A stretch of 63,634 nucleotides of DNA, counting the filler, from Atractiella rhizophila (Eukaryota): the NCBI GenBank assembly GCA_021432655.1. It is 4 parts of 4 records of this genome, joined end to end, with 100 filler letters (N's around TTAATTAATTAA, not from the genome) between each part and the next. Parts side by side here need not be neighbours in the genome. Positions count along the whole stretch, not along the records: positions 1 to 26,594 come from MU271471.1; 3 more parts are not named here. One strand, written 5' to 3'. This document shows, piece by piece, positions 1-12,767 of the stretch. Within the stretch, counting starts at the first letter, position 1. Each line of letters starts with the position of its first letter. The translations under genes and the position numbers were made by a program. The notes beneath the pieces were generated by a model, which saw only the letters and a list, made by a program, of their open reading frames with translations, was not told where the DNA came from and made no database searches.

Positions 1-1122
1 GTCAACAACTTCCAGATTGTCGCTACCAACCAAGCCGTACGTTCTCTCCTCGATCCTGCGACTACTTGGAAGCAAAGCTGACAGAAAAACAGATGTACGA
101 GGAAGCCATCTTCCAATACCTCCTCCTTCAAAAGTCCATCCGAGCCGCCAAATGGTCTGACCTCGCCATCGTCCAGCAACCCGCATTCGTGATCGTCGGC
201 GCCGCCTTCAAGCCCAACGTCACCGACCAGGCCGCCGAGGAGAAGCTCTGGGACCCTCTCAGGACCTGGGCTGCCTCCGTTGGAGCCGTCGTCGTCACTA
301 ACTTCAAGTCGTACGGCAGCCAGTACGAGGTGTCGACCCAGGAAATGTTCGCTGCTCAACACCAGGTTCCTTTCGATACCCAGAAACTCCTCAGCCGTCT
401 CGTACCCGCTGTATGTCACTTATATTCGGATGGTGTGATAGAGCGCTGATGTGATCCGAAACGCGAATAGAGCGTCTGGAATGACCAGGCTAAGCTGAAG
501 AGCATTGCATCTTTCGTCGGACAGCTCCCCACCGCCAACATCCTCAACGGTTCGTCCTTTTGAGGCTCCGTCTTGTCTTCTACTTCTCACTTTGCGCTGT
601 GCTACAGTTCCTGGAGGACAGGTCACCCAGGGAAGCAAGGACATGGCCTTGAACCCCGCCTGGCGCTCTGCTCTCTCCCACATCGTCTACACCGCCGACT
701 GGGCCGTTGGAGCCAGCCAAGCTGACCAGTCTGCGGCCAGGCAGGCGGGTACCGAGAAGCTCATCACTCTGACCAATCTCGTCGGCTCTGATGCTGCTTA
801 CATGTAAGCCCTGTCTATTTCATTTCTCCCAGGCAGTGTCTAATGACCGGTGTCCCTGTCTAGCAACGAGTCTGACCCTGATGGTGAGTTATTTTTTGCT
901 TTTGTCAACCTTTTTGCTGATTGAGATCGTCATCTAAGACCAATCTTGGCCGCACAACTACTGGGGAGACAACTACTCGAGGCTCTTGAGCATCAAGAAG
1001 AAGTACGATCCCAAACATTACTTCACCTGTACGTTCTCGTTTCTTCCTCACTACTTGTCACTGAACGAATTGTAGGCACGGCTTGTATCGGGTCTGAAAC
1101 CCCTGCTGGTGTTCCATTTTAA
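1..1122 (+). CDS. FAD-linked oxidoreductase, berberine-bridge-enzyme (BBE)-like, 3' part (5' end outside window), multi-exon
   Basis: Spliced C-terminus reads ...GSDAAY.NESDPD...WGDNYSRLLSIKKKYDPKHYFTCTACIGSETPAGVPF* (stop 1120-1122), the typical BBE C-terminal domain. First visible intron 37-92 (GTACGT..CAG). Confidence 0.85.
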
Positions 1123-1459
1123 AAGATTGTTGTACCTCTATGGACTTTGAGTGTCGAGCGTTTGGGAGCTTCATTATCTTTATAAGTACAGCGTAGCGAG
1201 ATAATGACCAACTCTGAACCATCATTTCAACCAAAATCTATGAGTAACTAATGAAACCTTGATAGAAGTTGTACATGATTATTGAAATCTTGCGAATGCC
1301 AAAAACAAAGTAGCCACAGAGGTGCCCGAATCAATATAATAAATTGAGTGAAATGCTCTATTGTTTGAAAGCGTCCCAGATCATACTGCTAATATACCCA
1401 GCGTGTTGATTGAAAAATGTGTCATACTAGTTTGACTGCGCGTTTGGTCCTGTCCGTAA

Positions 1460-2937
1460 TTATGCTGCACCAGCCTCTAGGGGAAGACATTCATATTCGT
1501 ATTTCGGCATGGCTTGGGGTGAAGCTCCCATATCATGCATGACTGGTTCTACATCGTGTCTGTATCGTTTGGCCATTGCACCTAAAAGAACTACTTAGAT
1601 AACCGTGTGTGCCCTAAGAAGGGGGAACGTACGCTCATCGAGCAGACAAAGGCAGGCGTCCTCCAACGGAAGAGCCTCTTCGTCTTCCCTGTACTCGGGA
1701 AGGAGGACAGAGTCGTCAAGAACAATACAACACTGACCATCATTTAGTCGGCATCATGTGCAAGACGAGAATACAAGCGTACTGATGAGATGTCGACTGG
1801 TCTCTGCACCTGTAGCACTTTTCTCTCCTGACCGTCGACCGCATAGTAGCATTCGAAAAGGATATGATGGCGGACGTTGATTGGAGTTTCAGTGCCAGGA
1901 AATGTCGATGAACGAATGTGGTTGTCATTCGGTAATCGCTTCTTCTCCATGAGAATGAACTCTTCTCCGGGTTCTAGAGTCTTGTACGGTTCTCTTAGAT
2001 GAGGTGCAACGGATTGTTGGTCTTTGCGTTCTCTCCAGATTACACGCTTCTGTGGTGGTGAATTATATTCTCTCCCACTTTTTGGGAACCTGAGATGATA
2101 ACTCTGAACTATGCTCCAAGTGACGGAGTAGATATGAAGCTTTGAAGGGGGAGCGGCGAGGGAGAATCCAAGAACAATTATGCCCGACACCATCATATTG
2201 CGAGACGTTGCGCTGACCATGTATGGCTATCCGACACCGATCAGCTTATAAAAGAAATTAGGCAAGACAAGCTAAACGCACGCCAACATCAGAGTGCAGG
2301 TCTTGCACTTCTAGCCCAAGACCAGCAGGTGTGCTGTTCTCTGGCGTCGGATTGACGACAAAGTATAATGGCTTGTCACAACTGATATTCGAGCCCAGTA
2401 CTCCAACGCCTTTAACGATTGCTGAAAGCTTCTGATACACTCGTCCGTACTGCCCGCGATCGTAGGGTGACGAACTGGCAGGGATGATGAATGAAAATTC
2501 GAAGCTGATAGATCGTGGTCATGAATGGGGCATGAAAGTCGGGAAGAGAACAAGCTTACACATGCTCCCCAGCTGCTAACACTTCTGAGCTTTTGGGCAA
2601 ACACACTTCTTTTTCTATCGTCATCCACTCCTCGATAACTGCAACTGTTTCAGTAACAAAATTCGTTTTCGTCAGCAAACGAACGCACGATTCTCCATTG
2701 CGACCTTGCCATAACCCTTGAGAGTGATGACAATCTCAGGCATTGTCCTGTCTTCCTCGGCTCAACTGCGACGCCTGAAGAAGAGAGCTGGTCTCACCTT
2801 GCTTTTGGTAGAGTAAGGGTACATTTGCCCTTGAAAACGGTGTCCGGTGAAGGTTGGTCAGGGTCGGTTGAAGGATGCAAGTATGCCCCACTGTATGGGA
2901 CATGGAGGGATATAGTTGGGTAGTAACTTCGAACCAT
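1460..2937 (-). CDS. Arrestin-like (alpha-arrestin/ART-type) protein, multi-exon
   Basis: ATG at 2937 gives MVRSYYPTISLHVPYSGAYLHPSTDPDQPSPDTVFKGKCTLTLPKAR, then EIVITLKGYGKV (arrestin N-domain strands). Later RLPNDNHIRSSTFPGTETPINVRHHILFECYY...VLQVQRPVDISS-CC (C-domain) and LPEY (PY-like motif). The last exon ends PLEAGAA* at 1460-1462. Confidence 0.65.
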
Positions 2938-4121
2938 GGTTGAAAGTTGAACTATGATGGGACAATGGAATAGTGGAAGCTAAAGATAGTGGAAGCTGAG
3001 CAAATGGCGAGCCAAGGCGAGCTTGAGAACAGGAACAATAAGGAGCTGCGACGTCAGTGGCAGAGCTTTTGAGCTGTCCTCAATTATCCATCGGGCATCC
3101 ACATGCCGGATGATTCAGCGAAAAAATCCAATTCAGCCAATCGCGCCTTCCGCTCTATTGCGAAAACGGAACTCAAAAATTAAAGACGTAGTCCTGTCTC
3201 CGAGATCATGTGTAGAGTCTGGTAAAAGAGAGGTTGAGAAAACGAGGAGAGAGAACCAGACTTGTTGGCGACCCAAGTATAGAGTCCGAATTTCTTTCCG
3301 ACACACATCCTGGAGTTCTCCGAGTGACCTCATCATCACCGTTGATAACCTTGACATGCCCACATCTAGCCCTCTAAGCTATGAGGCTAGAGAACTACGC
3401 TCTACCTACACGGTCAAGAGAGGCAAACTCCCTTGCGGCCTGCGACACAGGTTCCGTCTGTCATCTGTGAAGTAGACGCGGCGGTCTTCCTCTGTCTGTT
3501 GTTAAGTAAACAGAATCCTGCTTCGACATTGATGCTCCATAGCACGAAACCCACGTTCCATTCCATAGGACACGTAGCTCCTCAGCTTCGCGACGTTCGA
3601 TGCAACAATTGCGTGATAATGTTTACTTCCTTGAAAGCGCCAGCATGTCCAAACTGCAGCTTCGTTGCCAAAGCCTGAACGGTCCTGAACAATCCACTCA
3701 CACGCTAGACTCTGCGAGCCTGCCGAGTTTCAGTCATACTTCTAGCTTCCTACCAGCCAGGTCACACCTTTCCTTGATGGCAGGAATGAGTAATCCTAAA
3801 TCCGACCGCTCACGTGACTTCTGTTACCTCTTATTCACTTTCTAAGCTTTACTTTGATATATAGTGGCAGCATATCATCATAAAGGTCAAAGGAACTGCG
3901 TCTTTGCAGAGACGATGAACCGGGAATCGCCAGCTCCTCATACCCGTTCCGTGCGCCATCGGGACCAAAGCGCGTTCACGCTAACATTCCTTCCCGCCCA
4001 CGATCTGGGATTAGCATTGTGGAGGTGCTTTTGTCTTTTTGCTTCCATCGTTCAGAGGGAGGAGGATGAGGGAACGACCAAGCTTGATCCTTGCCACTGG
4101 CTTTTCTGAGGTATTGACAAG

Positions 4122-5744
4122 ATGGGAGTTGTGTCTGATACCCTTGGTCTGTTATCCTGTCCTATTCATTGTAAACGTCCTGATGTCTGAGAGTAGGCGC
4201 GCTTTTGATTGGTACCTGGACAAACAGTCCGTGCTCCTCTCCCTCCATCCTGCCATGGTTAAAGGACAATCTAGGTGCTTTGTGGATGGTGGAGATGGCC
4301 CTGCTCTATCAATATTCTTACATCTTCGGGACAAAAGATCATCTCCTCATCCGCGGATCCGTCATCATCGTGTGTCTTTCCATCCACATTCCAGCGTAGA
4401 AACTGACGAGCATGGATATGGCCCAGTGTGCTCTTTCAGATACGCTGTGTACTGTTATCAACATGGTTGGAGTTTACGTCGTGCGTACTTCGTTGCTCCT
4501 TCTAACAGTAAAAATCTGACATGGCTTGCAGTACGCGATCAGCCACTGGGGGAAGACTGAATATCTCAGCTCTCAGCGTTGGCACATCCCAGCATATCTC
4601 AGTGCGATTCCTTCCCTCACATTCTCTACTTGCTGACTGAAATACCTCTCAAAGTCCTGACATCGATCACAACTGTGATAGTCCAAAGCTATCTGGCATA
4701 TCGGTACTTGTAAGTCGTTTGTGCGGTGAGAAACGATAATATCTCACTCGATCTTACAACAGCCTACTTTCTAAAGTCTATCCGGTCACCTTTGTTCTCG
4801 TCCTCCTTGCCCTTGCTGGCTGCGCAGCTTGTGTCGCCGTCGCTGTCGGTGTCATCCAGTTTCCAGCGTATCATGATAGACATCACATTCTAGCTGTTGT
4901 GATAGTGTGGTTCGCTACCAAAGCAGCGACAGATGTGAGCATTCTGTCGTCTTACTCTCAAATCAGATTTTAACCAACATACACGAAACTAGGTGTCTAT
5001 CACTGGTGGGGTTTCTCTGCTCTATTCGTATGTAGCCATTCACGCAAGAGGCAGTTGCTTTATGTTTCCATCTCCTCCGTTACCGACGAAAGTGAGCCTC
5101 TTCTCGATCTCGACCAAATATTTAACTGGTTGCTTGCTTCCAGAACGGTATTCGATGCCACTCGCTCGTTGATCGTTCGTCTCATGGTTCCTGCCATCCA
5201 AACAGGGGCTGTTACCTCCGCGGTGGCGCTTGCAGCTGTAAGCATTTACCACCTTCGTTATGGGTGTCTGACCTGGTTTTCTGTGAAACGCAAGCTCGTC
5301 ACCTTTGTTAAAAACCCCGAATCAAACACAGCAACGTCACTCGGTCAGAATCTGGGGAGGCTTTACACCATCACATTTTTGCTCAACCTCATCCTTCGAG
5401 ACACGCTCAAAAACAAGACAGCTGGCGATTCAGCCAAACATTGTGACTTTGCTATGGGCGGGATGAAGAAGAGTCGTAGCTTCAAACGCGCTGGAACGCA
5501 GACGGAAGCTGCTCAGGGAGTCGTCATTTACAACGATACCGTCGTTGCCGTCGATGGGGACAGAATGGTGATGTTTGAATCAGATTCTTTGCGTTGACTT
5601 ATAATGCATGTGCAGACTACCCCTCGTCCTTCTTATCCAGCAAAGTATGAAGTGGATCTAGGAGATGTGGAATCGACGATGTCCAAAGTCAGTCTAAAAG
5701 GTCGCTCTCATGGCTCTCAGTCCACATTACCCTACTCCTCTTGA
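4122..5744 (+). CDS. Multi-pass membrane protein of the basidiomycete DUF6534-type family, many short exons
   Basis: Spliced start MGVVSDTLGALLIGTWTNS; hydrophobic helices; SLIVRLMVPAIQTGAVTSAVALAA and LGRLYTITFLLNLILR typical of this family; last exon ends TLPYSS* at 5742-5744. Confidence 0.7.
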
Positions 5745-6057
5745 TTCCGTTCAAATACTTGTCCCATCTTCGGTCAGGATTAGTTTCCATTTCGGTCGGA
5801 GACATTTTGATACTCTGTAATACTGCTCATCAACTTTAACTTCATCATCGAATAAACCAAAATGTGCATTCTTTACCTTGTTGGGAACCTACGTTGAAAT
5901 CTTATGTGTTGACCTTACACTGCCAGCAACCTGACCTGACTATCGGGGCTTGTATTTAGGCACATCAAACAAAAAGTAGGCTGTACGACGAGGGTATTGA
6001 TCAATTCTAAAGGTCCTATGTTGGAATATCCACAATGTAGTAAATCAACTACAGCGA

Positions 6058-9000
6058 TCAAACAACGGCCAACCGCAGGTGTTTTCTCGCTTCCAACAAG
6101 ATCCGCAAAAACATTCTGATTGCAACCGGAGACAGTTTCACATCCCCTCTAGTCCCAACTTTGACAGCCCCTTCCTGTTCGAAGATCGGTTGTGACTGCT
6201 GGAGCGAAGCTTCGACGACCTGGTACGTGACCGCACGTTCTTCGTCGTTCCCTTTTGGACCTAAAATGGGTATGGATGTGAAGGTGAAATTCGGAAACGT
6301 TCGACGACAATGTAAGCTTAAGAAAAGCGTGTGAACTTGAGAGGCAAGTATGATCGAGTTGGAGCTTGGAAGGCGCTCGATGTAGAGCATGCGGATTATT
6401 CGACCAAGGTTTTGATCGAGGATAGGAAGGAGGCAGTTTCCCTGTTGACCCAACTCTGCAGAGTGTGAGTCGAGCGAAACGATCAGAGAAAACAACGCCT
6501 ACCAACTGCAAGTTGAGATATTGAGCGCATCAGCTCAAGTCCATTGAGTACATTATCCCCGAATCGACTTTTGAGAGACCCGGATATCACTCGTGAAATG
6601 AAATTAATGGTTTCATCATACGATCCGCCTTGTGCAGCTTGCGCAAATTCTTTCCCAAACCGTCGAATGAAGGTGGAAACAAAAGAAAATGCTGGTTCAA
6701 TCCAATCGACCGTCGAATCATCAGGGCAGAGGCAGGGAAGGTGCATAACATTTCGTAGGGGGATTTGTGATGCAGCTGTTGACGAGTTAAGATTGTCTCC
6801 AAATACCAAGAGGAGCCCGCACCTTTGTCCATCGCAGGAGTGACATCGAAGCCTTCTCCAAGTCGCGCTAAGTCGTTCATAAGAGTAATCAAATTCCTGC
6901 CAAAGTCTGTTCGATCTCCCTCGGAAGCGTCGCTCAAGTCTAAAAGCACCGAGTTAGAGCGTGCAGCACCATCAAGGAGTGTGGAGTACTGCGTGCATTA
7001 GCACATATCCCGTCCAGCAAAGGATCGATTCCATTCAAGAAGCCTGATATCAAACCGTCACTGTCGTCGACCAAACCTTGCGAAATCGTGTCTGTGACTT
7101 TTTGGATGATTTCGAGCCACAAGTTGATAATTTGCAGATGACCGACATAACTACCTTGAACAGTAGAGAGCCAAGGGAGAAATGTGTTGATGGACGATAC
7201 AATGGCAGCCGCTGTGGGGATTTCGGCTGCTCCAGCGATGCCAGCATAGATGGTGAAGAGCGATTGAAGGCGGACAACAAAGTCTTCCCTTGTTGCATTC
7301 TCTTTATAAGAGGTATCGATGGCAATCGCTTGTAGTCGGTCCTTCTCTCTGATAAGCTATCAGGATGAAAACTGGCGCGCAGCTTACCCCAACGGATTGA
7401 AGTGCTCTGGTCATATACCGTTTTCCATCGTCGACCGAAGCTATGCGAGCCAGGCAGCGAAACATCGAATTCCAGAGCGTTCTGTCGCCAAATTGATATC
7501 GTAAAGAGGAGACGAAGATTCACGCACTTCAGAGTAGACTCGGGCAGTTGATCTGTTCGTTCGACGATGGTGTGCATGTGTTGAAGGAAGATCTCATTTG
7601 ATGTGCATGCTTCTGCCAGTCTTCGCGAGCCCTTTGACAGGAACGCTAGAGTAACAGCAAATTCATTTATCACATCCGCGTCGTTCAAAAAGTGTGTCAG
7701 CGTTGACGCCATCGCTTGTAGAATGACATGTAACGCTTTAACACCTGCCTCGCCATTGAACGCCGCGTCCAAGTTGGGGCTAAATATTGGGGTAGATTAG
7801 TCAATAAATAACTGGAAAAAAATAGCGCACTTACCCAGCTGATTCGTCGAGAAGTAAATAAGATAGACCAAAGACGCGAACAAAGTAAAGAGCGCTCTGG
7901 ACGACCTGCGGGCTTATTTGACCAGCCTGATAGTTACTTGAGGCGGGAAACAGCTAGCAGGGGGAGACGAACTTGAGGCTTTGTGAGACAGTCGACAATC
8001 GATAAGGCCAAGTTGCAGAGCAGGATGACAGGATCTTCCTCAAATGGCTAAGTCATCGTCAGCTACACTCTCCCCAACACTGGCGGAAATCAACCTGTTT
8101 CGTTGAAGTTTCGAGAATTTCAGGTGGGATGGTCGGCTAAAAGCCCATTGAGCAGCTTTCGTCAGGAAGAAGCGACAACGCACCGTCTCTCCTTCAGCTT
8201 CATCACCCAAAATCACAGTGGCGAACATCAGCCCCCAATGAATTTGTTCACTCGCCGTCACGTTTCCAGAAAATATTTTCTCGCACGGTGGACCAAGAAG
8301 GGTAGAAAGTTGTTCGAGTATGGGTCCTGGTGATAATCGCGCGACTTGAGAAAACGCGAGGAGAAATGAGCGGTGAAGAACCTGTGTCATTCGTCGTGAG
8401 CATTTACCTGCGAGGGATGGGAAACAGGCATACCCTATCTTGGATGCCAGCCTTTGCTTCCTCATCTTCCATCTCGCCATCCTGCCCTAACAAACCTAAA
8501 AGCTGCTCTTTCATCAAGATTCCCTCAAACTTGCATTTCAGTATGGTCCGGCACACGCCTTCTCTCATTACGGTTGCGGGACTTCTATCGATCTTGCAAT
8601 CTACCAACCCCAACGCAAGGTTTCCAAAAGCTTCCAAACCAATCTTCTCATATTCCTCGGCGCAATCTAGTGCCCAAGAAAGTGGCTCTCCTTCCGCCGG
8701 TGGAGGTGGACGAAGCCAATGTGATAGTTTTGAGGCGAAAGAGAGGACCAGTCTGACGACTGCAGGAGGGACTGAGGGGGATGTGGAGAGGTATATCTGG
8801 AGGAGGCGTGAGACGAAGAGGGAGAGCGATTGATAATACTCGATATGGTCAAGGCTCGTTGTTGGGTCTTTTGGAAGTCTATACACCGTCGTATTATAGA
8901 TGGAAAGAAGGGCATGGCACGATAAACCCACAGAGAGTCCCATACACCGACCGCAATCTCCTTTGGATTCTTCCCGTCTTTACCACAATCAAACCGGAAG

Positions 9001-10637
9001 GCCAACTCTGTGCATTCTATGGCGGTCGCCATCCTATCCGCCCACTGTGCAGGCTGGAAGCCTTGTATCGATTCCTGGCCGATATTCCAGATCGTCTCCA
9101 AAAGGTCGGTCTCAAAAATCCATTGTAGGTGTTTGGGAAGATACCGGACGTCACTATCCTTCGTTATCCCTTCGTTCGTGTCCACATCATTCATCATGAG
9201 TGGATAATACGTATCCCACACGTTGTCAATGGTCAGGGAAACTTGGGCTGGATCGAAATCATGCCGTGGTCGAAGAAATCGAAAGCTGAGGAGCCCCTCC
9301 AAAGCCTCCATCGCTCCATCAGAATTCAGGGCTTCGATAACCTTTGGTAATATAGACGGGAGGGCGAATCGTTCCCAATCTAGTCTAGCCAATGCCTCCT
9401 CTTCCTCGGTTAAGAAAGCTCGGAAATTTCTTGAGTCGTCGAACGCTTGAGAGAGGGCAACGAGATACATGAACGCCGTTGGACTTCGACCGTCGAGCAT
9501 GGCAACGGCTTGAGTGACCAAACCTTGCTTCTCTTCACCAGTCCATCCTCCCACATTCGCCCATCCCTGCACCACGAGTCCCGCGAGCGCGTCAAGGAGC
9601 TGACGCACCCAAACCTTCGTTTCCCGAGTAGGGTTGGACGTTAGATTTGAATGCGCTTGTGAGAGGAGGTCGGAGTGGAGCTGGAGAAGCGTCTCGCGAG
9701 GGAGGAAGGAAAGAGAAAGGGAGAGAGGGAAAAGGGTGCGCAGCACGGACGAGCAGTGGAAGGGGATGTGTGGATGGAGTTGTGCATTAGAGGATTCTGG
9801 AGCAGAGCTACGTCAGACGAGGGTCAGCTGTGATTAAGCTAATAATGGACAGACATGGTTCGAGTCTTCAGGTGCATGCGCGCAACGGTTTAAGCACGGA
9901 CGAATAGCGTAAATCAAAATCAACAGATTCTTGCTTCATTGCTTTATCAAACCGGCATTCATTGTTTAGTCCCGCGCAAGGTAGGTGTCAAGGCTAATCT
10001 TGACCATGTTCCTTGGCGCAAAATTGGGTGAGATACGGATAAATCAGGAGCAAGCTCTTTACGATGCTTGTGTGCAATCCAAGTACAAACATGCGTCTCA
10101 ACTATTTCTCACAAACTGCCAAACCAAGCCGTTCGACTCTGGTTTCGAGCTTCGCGGCTAGATTTAGCGAAAGCGACTCCTTTGGGAGAGAAAAATGACT
10201 ATCTCATCCTGAAGACTGTGACATCTCTTAAAGTCAGACAGCTGTTTGAGTAAAACAGGGCACGGACAGTAATTTGCCAACGTAAAAATATTATCGGAGA
10301 ACGATTGAAGCTCCTGTGCTTTGGTCTCTAACGGCAATGACAGAACGGAAATTGAGAGCTATTGTCGCACTTACGGCTCCAAGCTGAAAAAATCAGTTGC
10401 AGAAATACCGAAATTGAGACATATCATTATACAAACACCAAGGAAAGAGCGCATCCCACTCGTTCATTTGCCCAATGAAGATCGATCAAATTGGTGCTCA
10501 CCTGCAATGCCCTTATAAGCAATCTCCACGCCGCCTGCCTGCAATTTTTCCACCTTATTCCTCCACTCCAACACCTGTTTGAGACTCTGCGACGCAGGAA
10601 GCCTCAAAATGCCATCAAGCACAGTAATCGCGTCCAT
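6058..10637 (-). CDS. Large ARM/HEAT-repeat karyopherin, exportin-4-like
   Basis: Exon 1 10637-10502 (MDAITVLDGILRLPASQSLKQVLEWRNK...AYKGIA) splices in frame to 9796 (ESSNAQLHPHIPFHCSSVL...). Helical Leu-rich ORFs at 8667-9746, 8404-8943, 7050-7772, 6483-6809 and 6058-6495 are joined by short introns. The segments VRQLLDALAGLVVQGW and LVALSQAFDDS...RLDWERFALPSIL resemble the XPO4 N-terminal region as I recall it. The gene is well supported; the family call is tentative. Confidence 0.55.
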
Positions 10638-10748
10638 TGTTGCGCTTGATCACAGGAGCTTTAGGGGCAAAGGATGAAAGCGTGGGGGCTCAGAAAAATG
10701 GGAAAGCGGTCGGGTTTGCTCTTTGACAATCCAGCATCCAGCAAGACC

Positions 10749-12767
10749 ATGGCGTCGCCCTCTTCAGTCCTAACGCGAGCTATAGCGCGGGGTGCTCTGC
10801 GCAATGGAACCCAGCGGCCATTTAGCAGCCAGACGGCATTTTCAGGAGCAGCAAAGGTGCGGTGGCAGCAGGGCCAGTTTGTGAAGGCTGTAGGAGGGAC
10901 TGCACTTGTTGTGGGAGGAGTGGGACTCAGTTTGTGGGCTGGGAGCGCTTTAGGTGAGCATTTTCTGGGCTTTTGGGACACCTCTGGAGCGTGCGAGAGG
11001 GCGAGAGACACGTTTGCACGTCGTTTGAGCTCATGCGCACTTGCTCGGGTTGACGCGAGCTTCGGTTCGCTCCACGGGCTGGGCAATGTCCCTCGCTCGA
11101 TACGAAGCTTTCTTTGTTCCGTTGGAATATTTTGTTTTTCACCTTAACGTTCATTTGTGCTGTTCGGAACTGGCGGCCAATGACTGCCAGAAACAAAGCT
11201 GACCTTGGCTGACCACAGAGCGGACCTGTTATTATGTAATGTCGAGGCGATTTTTTGGCTCTTACGCACGTTACAACGAATTGAATATTTCTTAATGAGC
11301 TTGATTCACATTGTTGCAGCTTGATTCGCAATGTTGCAGGAGCAGACGAAATCTCTATTGAGAGTGCATTTTGGAGTGAACAGCTTGTTAATTTCTGATG
11401 GGTTCAAATTAGCCCAGTTCCAACATAACGTCATTGAGTGTTAAATTTGTTGTACTTTTATGGCCTGCAACATAACTATACGTATGATAAGAGAATTTTG
11501 AGAGCTCTCATAGCGTACGCTAAAGACAGCAGAATATAGGTAAAGGCACTGTATTGTGGATATTGCCCTACAATTTCCTGTAATTGCTGTAGTAACAAGA
11601 CTCTACGCCTCCTCGTTTAAGTTGGCTTCCCAACCCGGCAAAATATCCATGACAATATTCATCTTCATAACTGACACGCATCCTTAGGTTTCCCAACCAC
11701 AGCTTACGCGCTCTCAATCGAACCCGTCGCACCTATTTCAACAGACCGTCCAGCTGCGGCACCGCTAATGCGTCGTTTGTCGCTTGTCTCAGCCCTGCGT
11801 CCCTCCTAACGTCTCTTCTGCAGCGGACCCATCCACATCGATGCCATTTCCCACTTACCTTTCAACAGCCTCGTCGCCTACAATTCGGTGCGACCTGATA
11901 GGACTTGGAGTGAGGACGGTTTCCTTCCTCGGCATACAAGTTTACGGTATGTCCGTTGCTTTTCATTGTCTGTCCTCTATTTTGATGACCTTTATTTCGC
12001 AGTTGCCGGTTTTTATGTCGATCAAGACGCCCTCGCCTGTCTCCAATACATGCCCGAATGGGTGTCCTTTAAAGCGGACAAGCTACTCTCTGCATCTGTA
12101 CCTTACCACCAGCAAATCACGGAGAATCTAGATTACGAAGGTTTACGGGGTCGGAAAGGGGAAACGCAGGGAGAAACTCGGGGCGAGGAACTTATACGTC
12201 GTCTTGTGGCACTGCCGGGTGAGTTCGTGGTGAGGATTGTCCCGACTAGAGGGACAGATTTTGGACACCTTAGAGATGGATTCACAAAGGCATTGATGGG
12301 AAGGATGAAAGTGGCAGAGAAGAAGGGGGAAATTGATCCGTCGTTAGGAGAGGTGCGTTCAATACCGCTACAAGGAGATTGGATCGCTAATGTTGGTGAG
12401 TAGAGACTGGCAAATTCTTTGGTCGAGTTCAAAAACCTTTTCCCGCAAGCGAGGAAACTGGGGAAAGGCAAAGAGATGTTGTTGATCAAGGATCGAGATG
12501 GAAATCTCAAAGTCGAGTGTGAAGGAGAACTCATCGGGATCTTGAAAGATGAGTGGATCGCGAGGGAGATGATCGTAGCATATTTCGCTGATCAAAACGT
12601 TATCTCGCAAAAAGTACGCTGACACTCCCTCCATTCACGTCGATCTCTTTACTGACGTTGGATTGATCGGGAAGATGAAAGACTCTGTGGCTGCTGGCTT
12701 CGAATCCCTGATGCGCAACCCTCCGAAGCGACATATTCCGAAACAAGGATTCTTTGGCGCTAGTTAA
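10749..12767 (+). CDS. AIM18: Mitochondrial chalcone-isomerase-fold protein, Aim18/Aim46-like
   Basis: Arg/Ala/Ser-rich presequence plus hydrophobic segment; DPSTSMPFP, LIGLGVRTVSFLGIQVY, RIVPTRGTDFGHLRDGF motifs; 734-nt first intron 10954-11687 keeps frame (GSALG|FPTT); ends KQGFFGAS*. Confidence 0.85.

Noticed and set aside
3023..4109. Short ORFs between the arrestin-like and DUF6534-type genes (also 15831-17819, 34604-35272, 42671-43183)
   Set aside because: No recognisable motifs or consistent splice models; treated as intergenic or UTR.
1..5744. Possible secondary-metabolite cluster around the BBE-like oxidase, or around the thioesterase and MATE genes
   Set aside because: No PKS, NRPS, terpene synthase or other backbone gene in the window; neighbours are housekeeping genes.
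9857..9870. T-loop-like GGTTCGAGTC (also TTCGAATCC near 12700 and 20369)
   Set aside because: No cloverleaf, A box or acceptor stem could be built; no tRNA called.
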